A stretch of 64,000 bases of DNA, taken from assembly GCF_003334815.1 (NCBI RefSeq), contig NZ_QOWO01000013.1. One strand, written 5' to 3'. This DNA comes from Escherichia coli. Lineage in GTDB: Bacteria > Pseudomonadota > Gammaproteobacteria > Enterobacterales > Enterobacteriaceae. This document shows, in pieces, positions 60,935 through 64,000 of the stretch. Within the stretch, counting starts at the first letter, position 1, and each line of letters opens with the position of its first letter. The notes under the pieces were generated by a model that ran no database searches, had not been told where the DNA came from, and saw only the letters and a list, made by a program, of their open reading frames with translations. The translations under genes were made by a program, and so were the position numbers.

Positions 60935-61396
60935 TTACGGATTCTCCTTATTCTTCCTTCTATCCATTCGCTTTAGCTTTTTGAGCTCTTGAAGTTTGCT
61001 CTTTGCATCAATATTACCGTTATTTACAGCGAATTCCATCCAATAAATAGCTCTATTCAAATTATAATATTCTGATAATGTTGGATTTGTATCTGATAAA
61101 AAGACCCCATAATTAAACTGCGCTGTAACATTCCCCTGAGATGCTGATCTTTCCAAGAATCGCAATTGTTTGTAAATGTTATTTTTAGTAAAGCAGTAAT
61201 ATTGATATAGTCGAAATGATGCCTCTGAATCACCATGTTGTGATTTATACTTCAGTTTCATCAACTTTTCTTCACTTAAATCATAGGTCATTGCTGTAGA
61301 CCCCATCATACTTTCGTTTTGTTTTATTTTCACATCAGCACCATGCAATTGACAAATAAAAGAGAAATAAAAAAATAGTAACAAGCATGCTTTCAT
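60935..61396 (-). CDS. yibG: Sel1-repeat protein YibG with N-terminal signal-peptide-like segment (putative immunity protein for the yibJ toxin tip)
   Basis: ORF track 153 aa; 12 nt downstream of yibJ stop. Confidence 0.82.
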   Translation of the reverse strand: MKACLLLFFYFSFICQLHGADVKIKQNESMMGSTAMTYDLSEEKLMKLKYKSQHGDSEASFRLYQYYCFTKNNIYKQLRFLERSASQGNVTAQFNYGVFLSDTNPTLSEYYNLNRAIYWMEFAVNNGNIDAKSKLQELKKLKRMDRRKNKENP

Positions 61397-61407
61397 ACAT
61401 CTACAAC

Positions 61408-62352
61408 CTATCTTATATCACTGGGTTTTTCTGGCGTACCTTGCATATTAGAAATGGGGTGCCCAGATGGCCCATATGTTATCCAATTACCAAGGTCTTT
61501 TGTTGTTATAGCCATTAGATCCTTATTTGAATTAAGGTTCGTTGGTGCTGTTAGCACTGTATCCATTTTTAACTTACCATTAGTTCCTCGCCCCCACCAC
61601 GTCCATAGCGTGTCAGGTCCTATTACATTTGTATGTAACTCTTTAGCTAATTGGCTAGCAAATGAATTTTGTCCTTTACCTGTATTACAAGAAAATAACC
61701 AAACTGTCATCCCATCTTTATAATTCCCATCAAATTTAATTAGATATGCTAGATCTTTAGCTGTCATGATACTGCGCGTTGCGGATTCAATAGATGTGGG
61801 GGTACCATGCCCCCCGATTGTGAAAACGCCTGGGATATTAATCTCATCAGCTACAGAATGGATAAGATCACTTTCGGGGTATAAATTTATATCAACCAAA
61901 CCTTGCGGATCTACATTTATGACCGGATTCAACGGATACTGATAAAAATTCCATCCCCCCTTCAGTCCAATCGGATCCTGAGTGATATACCGCCCCAGCA
62001 GCGGGTCATAATAGCGGTGGCGGTTGTAATACAGGCCGGACTCCTCATCATACTGCTGACCCGGCAGGCGAATGAGCTGCTGCAGATGATGCGGGTTCTC
62101 ATCACTCAGCAGGTTGCCCCATTCATCATATTCTGCGCACCACGCTGTTGCCCCTTCCGTGCTGATGAGCGCCAGCGGCAGGCCGCGATGGTCGCAGTGG
62201 TACAGGTGGATTTTTCGCGCCGGCGTGTACACCGGGTCCATCTGGTTTTGCATCTGCTCCACCGTCAGGCCGCACGATGCCAGCCAGCGGCGGCTTTCCT
62301 CACTCACCCGGTCAGCCAGGATTTCACTTTCCAGCCGGTCGAGCATCTGCAC
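61408..62352 (-). CDS. yibJ: orphan Rhs C-terminal module YibJ: rhs core 3' fragment fused to an alternative C-terminal tip
   Basis: ORF track 314 aa (GTG 62352 or ATG 62346); first ~150 aa nearly identical to the rhsA core end, diverging after DPQGL. Confidence 0.8.
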   Translation of the reverse strand: MQMLDRLESEILADRVSEESRRWLASCGLTVEQMQNQMDPVYTPARKIHLYHCDHRGLPLALISTEGATAWCAEYDEWGNLLSDENPHHLQQLIRLPGQQYDEESGLYYNRHRYYDPLLGRYITQDPIGLKGGWNFYQYPLNPVINVDPQGLVDINLYPESDLIHSVADEINIPGVFTIGGHGTPTSIESATRSIMTAKDLAYLIKFDGNYKDGMTVWLFSCNTGKGQNSFASQLAKELHTNVIGPDTLWTWWGRGTNGKLKMDTVLTAPTNLNSNKDLMAITTKDLGNWITYGPSGHPISNMQGTPEKPSDIR

Positions 62353-62388
62353 CGTGCCGGCGGGAATCCCCCACTGTGCATAGGCAAC
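61921..62388 (-). repeat. direct repeat of the rhsA core 3' end (second copy at 63678-64000 and beyond)
   Basis: long near-identical stretches, e.g. TTTTTCGCGCCGGCGTGTACACCGGGTCCATCTGGTT at 62211-62247 and 63964-64000. Confidence 0.85.
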
Positions 62389-62393
62389 TCACG

Positions 62394-63236
62394 CTATGAA
62401 CGCTTCAGCTTATCAATAGCGGAAGTTATAATTTCATTGTCATCAAACTTGTACAACATAGTATCTAAAACAGGAAGTAGCGTTTTATCACCTAATTCAC
62501 CCGCAGCTTCAATGATATCATCATAAACAGTATTTTTTTTTAACTCATCGCATAAAACAGATAAAACCCTTTTATCTTTTCTGTAGGAAAGTCCGATTAT
62601 TGCTTCAATACGGACTTCCTCATTTTTATCCTGAAGCATCTCCACAAAACAATCCCTAATATCACTATTATCATATTTATTGATATTTATTGCAAATGCG
62701 GCCCAGTTTCTGACATCTCCATTTGGATCTTTTAACAGATTAATCAATAGTGGAATTGTTGCTTTATCATTGATAACAGAAATAGCAAATGCTGTAGCAC
62801 GTCTGACATTAGTCGATTTATCAAAAGCAGTAATTTGAGATTGTTCTACTATTTTAGGTGAATAAATTGGGTTTTTCTTGCATCGCTGAGCCGTTGACTC
62901 GATTGCCGTAGCTCGAACGCAAGCGCTCTTATCATTCAATGCCATATTGTTCAAAATATTAAAAACATTATCTTCGCATTTTTTGCAAATTTTTATTTGC
63001 CCGAGTATAAATGCTCCGATATCTCTACGGATATAATTTTTATCAGAGCAGAACTCAATTGCCAATCTAACAGCGTCTTGCCCACCTCTTAACTGTAATA
63101 CTCTGGCAGATGAAATCCTTTTCAAGGAATTGTGATCATCAAGTAAGCGAAATAATTCATCATCATTTAGTTTCTTACATTGATTATATAAACCATACTC
63201 TTTACTTGCCTTTCTTTTCTGGTATGTATTTGACAT
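62394..63236 (-). CDS. yibA: HEAT-repeat protein YibA (RhsA-associated immunity protein)
   Basis: ORF track 62394..63251 (GTG); ATG 63236 preceded by GGAGG gives 280 aa; 20 nt downstream of rhsA stop. Confidence 0.82.
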   Translation of the reverse strand: MSNTYQKRKASKEYGLYNQCKKLNDDELFRLLDDHNSLKRISSARVLQLRGGQDAVRLAIEFCSDKNYIRRDIGAFILGQIKICKKCEDNVFNILNNMALNDKSACVRATAIESTAQRCKKNPIYSPKIVEQSQITAFDKSTNVRRATAFAISVINDKATIPLLINLLKDPNGDVRNWAAFAININKYDNSDIRDCFVEMLQDKNEEVRIEAIIGLSYRKDKRVLSVLCDELKKNTVYDDIIEAAGELGDKTLLPVLDTMLYKFDDNEIITSAIDKLKRS

Positions 63237-63256
63237 TGCAGGAACCTCCACAAGGG

Positions 63257-64000
63257 CTATCTTTTTTTATCGTTTGACTGTCTGGAGTGACGACAATTCC
63301 AGGCTTTCTGTGTGCTTTTTGCATCTTTAGCACTAATATCACCACAATCAATTAGTTCCTGAAGTACGTCACATCTGTCGGGTTTTTTCCCATCACTCCA
63401 GAATCTGTCATTTATTATGTCATTGACACGATCAGTTATCCCTGTGTCTGCAACATTTCCACGAGAAGCTATCATTGTTATATCTAATGCTAGTCCCGGA
63501 TTATTCAATATTAGAGAGTCAAATATTCTTTGTGATGCTGTATCGTTCCACCATTTTGTCAATGCTTTTGCAGCATTATCATCTGCTTGCTGCTGTGCAG
63601 GGCTTTTGGGCCATGGAATTGGCAAGGGGAATGGTCTAGGAAAAACTTCTAACCCCAGAGGATCTGTATTCGTAACTGGATTCAACGGATACTGATAAAA
63701 ATTCCATCCCCCCTTCAGCCCAATCGGATCCTGAGTGATATACCGCCCCTGCAGCGGGTCATAATAGCGGTGGCGGTTGTAATACAGGCCGGACTCCTCA
63801 TCATACTGCTGCCCCGGCAGGCGGATAAGCTGCTGCAGCTGATGCGGGTTCTCTTCATTCAGCAGGTTGCCCCATTCATCGTATTCTGCGCACCATTCTG
63901 TTGTCCCTTCCTTGCTGATAAGGGCCAGCGGCAGGCCGCGATGGTCGCAGTGGTACAGGTGGATTTTTCGCGCCGGCGTGTACACCGGGTCCATCTGGTT
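63257..64000 (-). CDS. rhsA: RhsA, 3' end only (core C-terminus, DPLGL junction and C-terminal tip); gene continues beyond window end
   Basis: Open reverse-strand frame from the window end to TAG at 63257-63259; ...[44 protein letters not shown]... Confidence 0.88.
   Translation of the reverse strand, partial: NQMDPVYTPARKIHLYHCDHRGLPLALISKEGTTEWCAEYDEWGNLLNEENPHQLQQLIRLPGQQYDEESGLYYNRHRYYDPLQGRYITQDPIGLKGGWNFYQYPLNPVTNTDPLGLEVFPRPFPLPIPWPKSPAQQQADDNAAKALTKWWNDTASQRIFDSLILNNPGLALDITMIASRGNVADTGITDRVNDIINDRFWSDGKKPDRCDVLQELIDCGDISAKDAKSTQKAWNCRHSRQSNDKKR

Noticed and set aside
59893-64000. Repeated rhs segments as an IS element or transposon
   Set aside because: No transposase ORF or terminal inverted repeats. 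The repeats are in-frame rhs core coding sequence followed by toxin-tip and immunity genes

Overview
This window reads as a contiguous, gene-dense enterobacterial chromosomal segment that I recognise as the Escherichia coli K-12-type xanP-gltS-recG-spoT ... waa (LPS core) ... kbl-tdh ... lldPRD ... mtlADR ... rhsA region, presented in reverse orientation to the conventional K-12 map. All calls rest on reading the supplied six-frame translations and the raw sequence; no database search or alignment was run, and gene names are from recognition of protein sequences and gene order. Content in order: truncated xanP; gltS; recG-trmH-spoT-rpoZ-gmk (minus strand); ligB; yicG; SOS-regulated dinD; yicC; rph-pyrE with the pyrE attenuator; slmA-dut-coaBC; yicR; rpmB-rpmG; mutM; coaD-waaA; the divergent waaQ-G-P-S-B-O-J-Y-Z-U operon with an ops element in its leader; hldD-waaF-waaC-waaL (minus); htrL; kbl-tdh; waaH; yibQ-envC-gpmM; yibN-grxC-secB-gpsA-cysE; trmL; lldD-lldR-lldP; yibL; yibT; mtlR-mtlD-mtlA with REP/BIME repeats and a CRP-rich control region; yibI-yibH; and finally an AT-rich rhs accessory array (rhsA 3' end + yibA, orphan yibJ + yibG, and a decayed third module). 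I found no rRNA, tRNA, CRISPR array, IS element or prophage. I do not see a clearly unprecedented system: the region is well charted. The least-understood biology is in the Rhs orphan toxin/immunity array at 59.9-64 kb, the yibI-yibH pair, htrL/waaH/yibQ around the LPS cluster, and dinD. Other points worth a second look are the intact (non rph-1) rph reading frame and the waaQ start codon.
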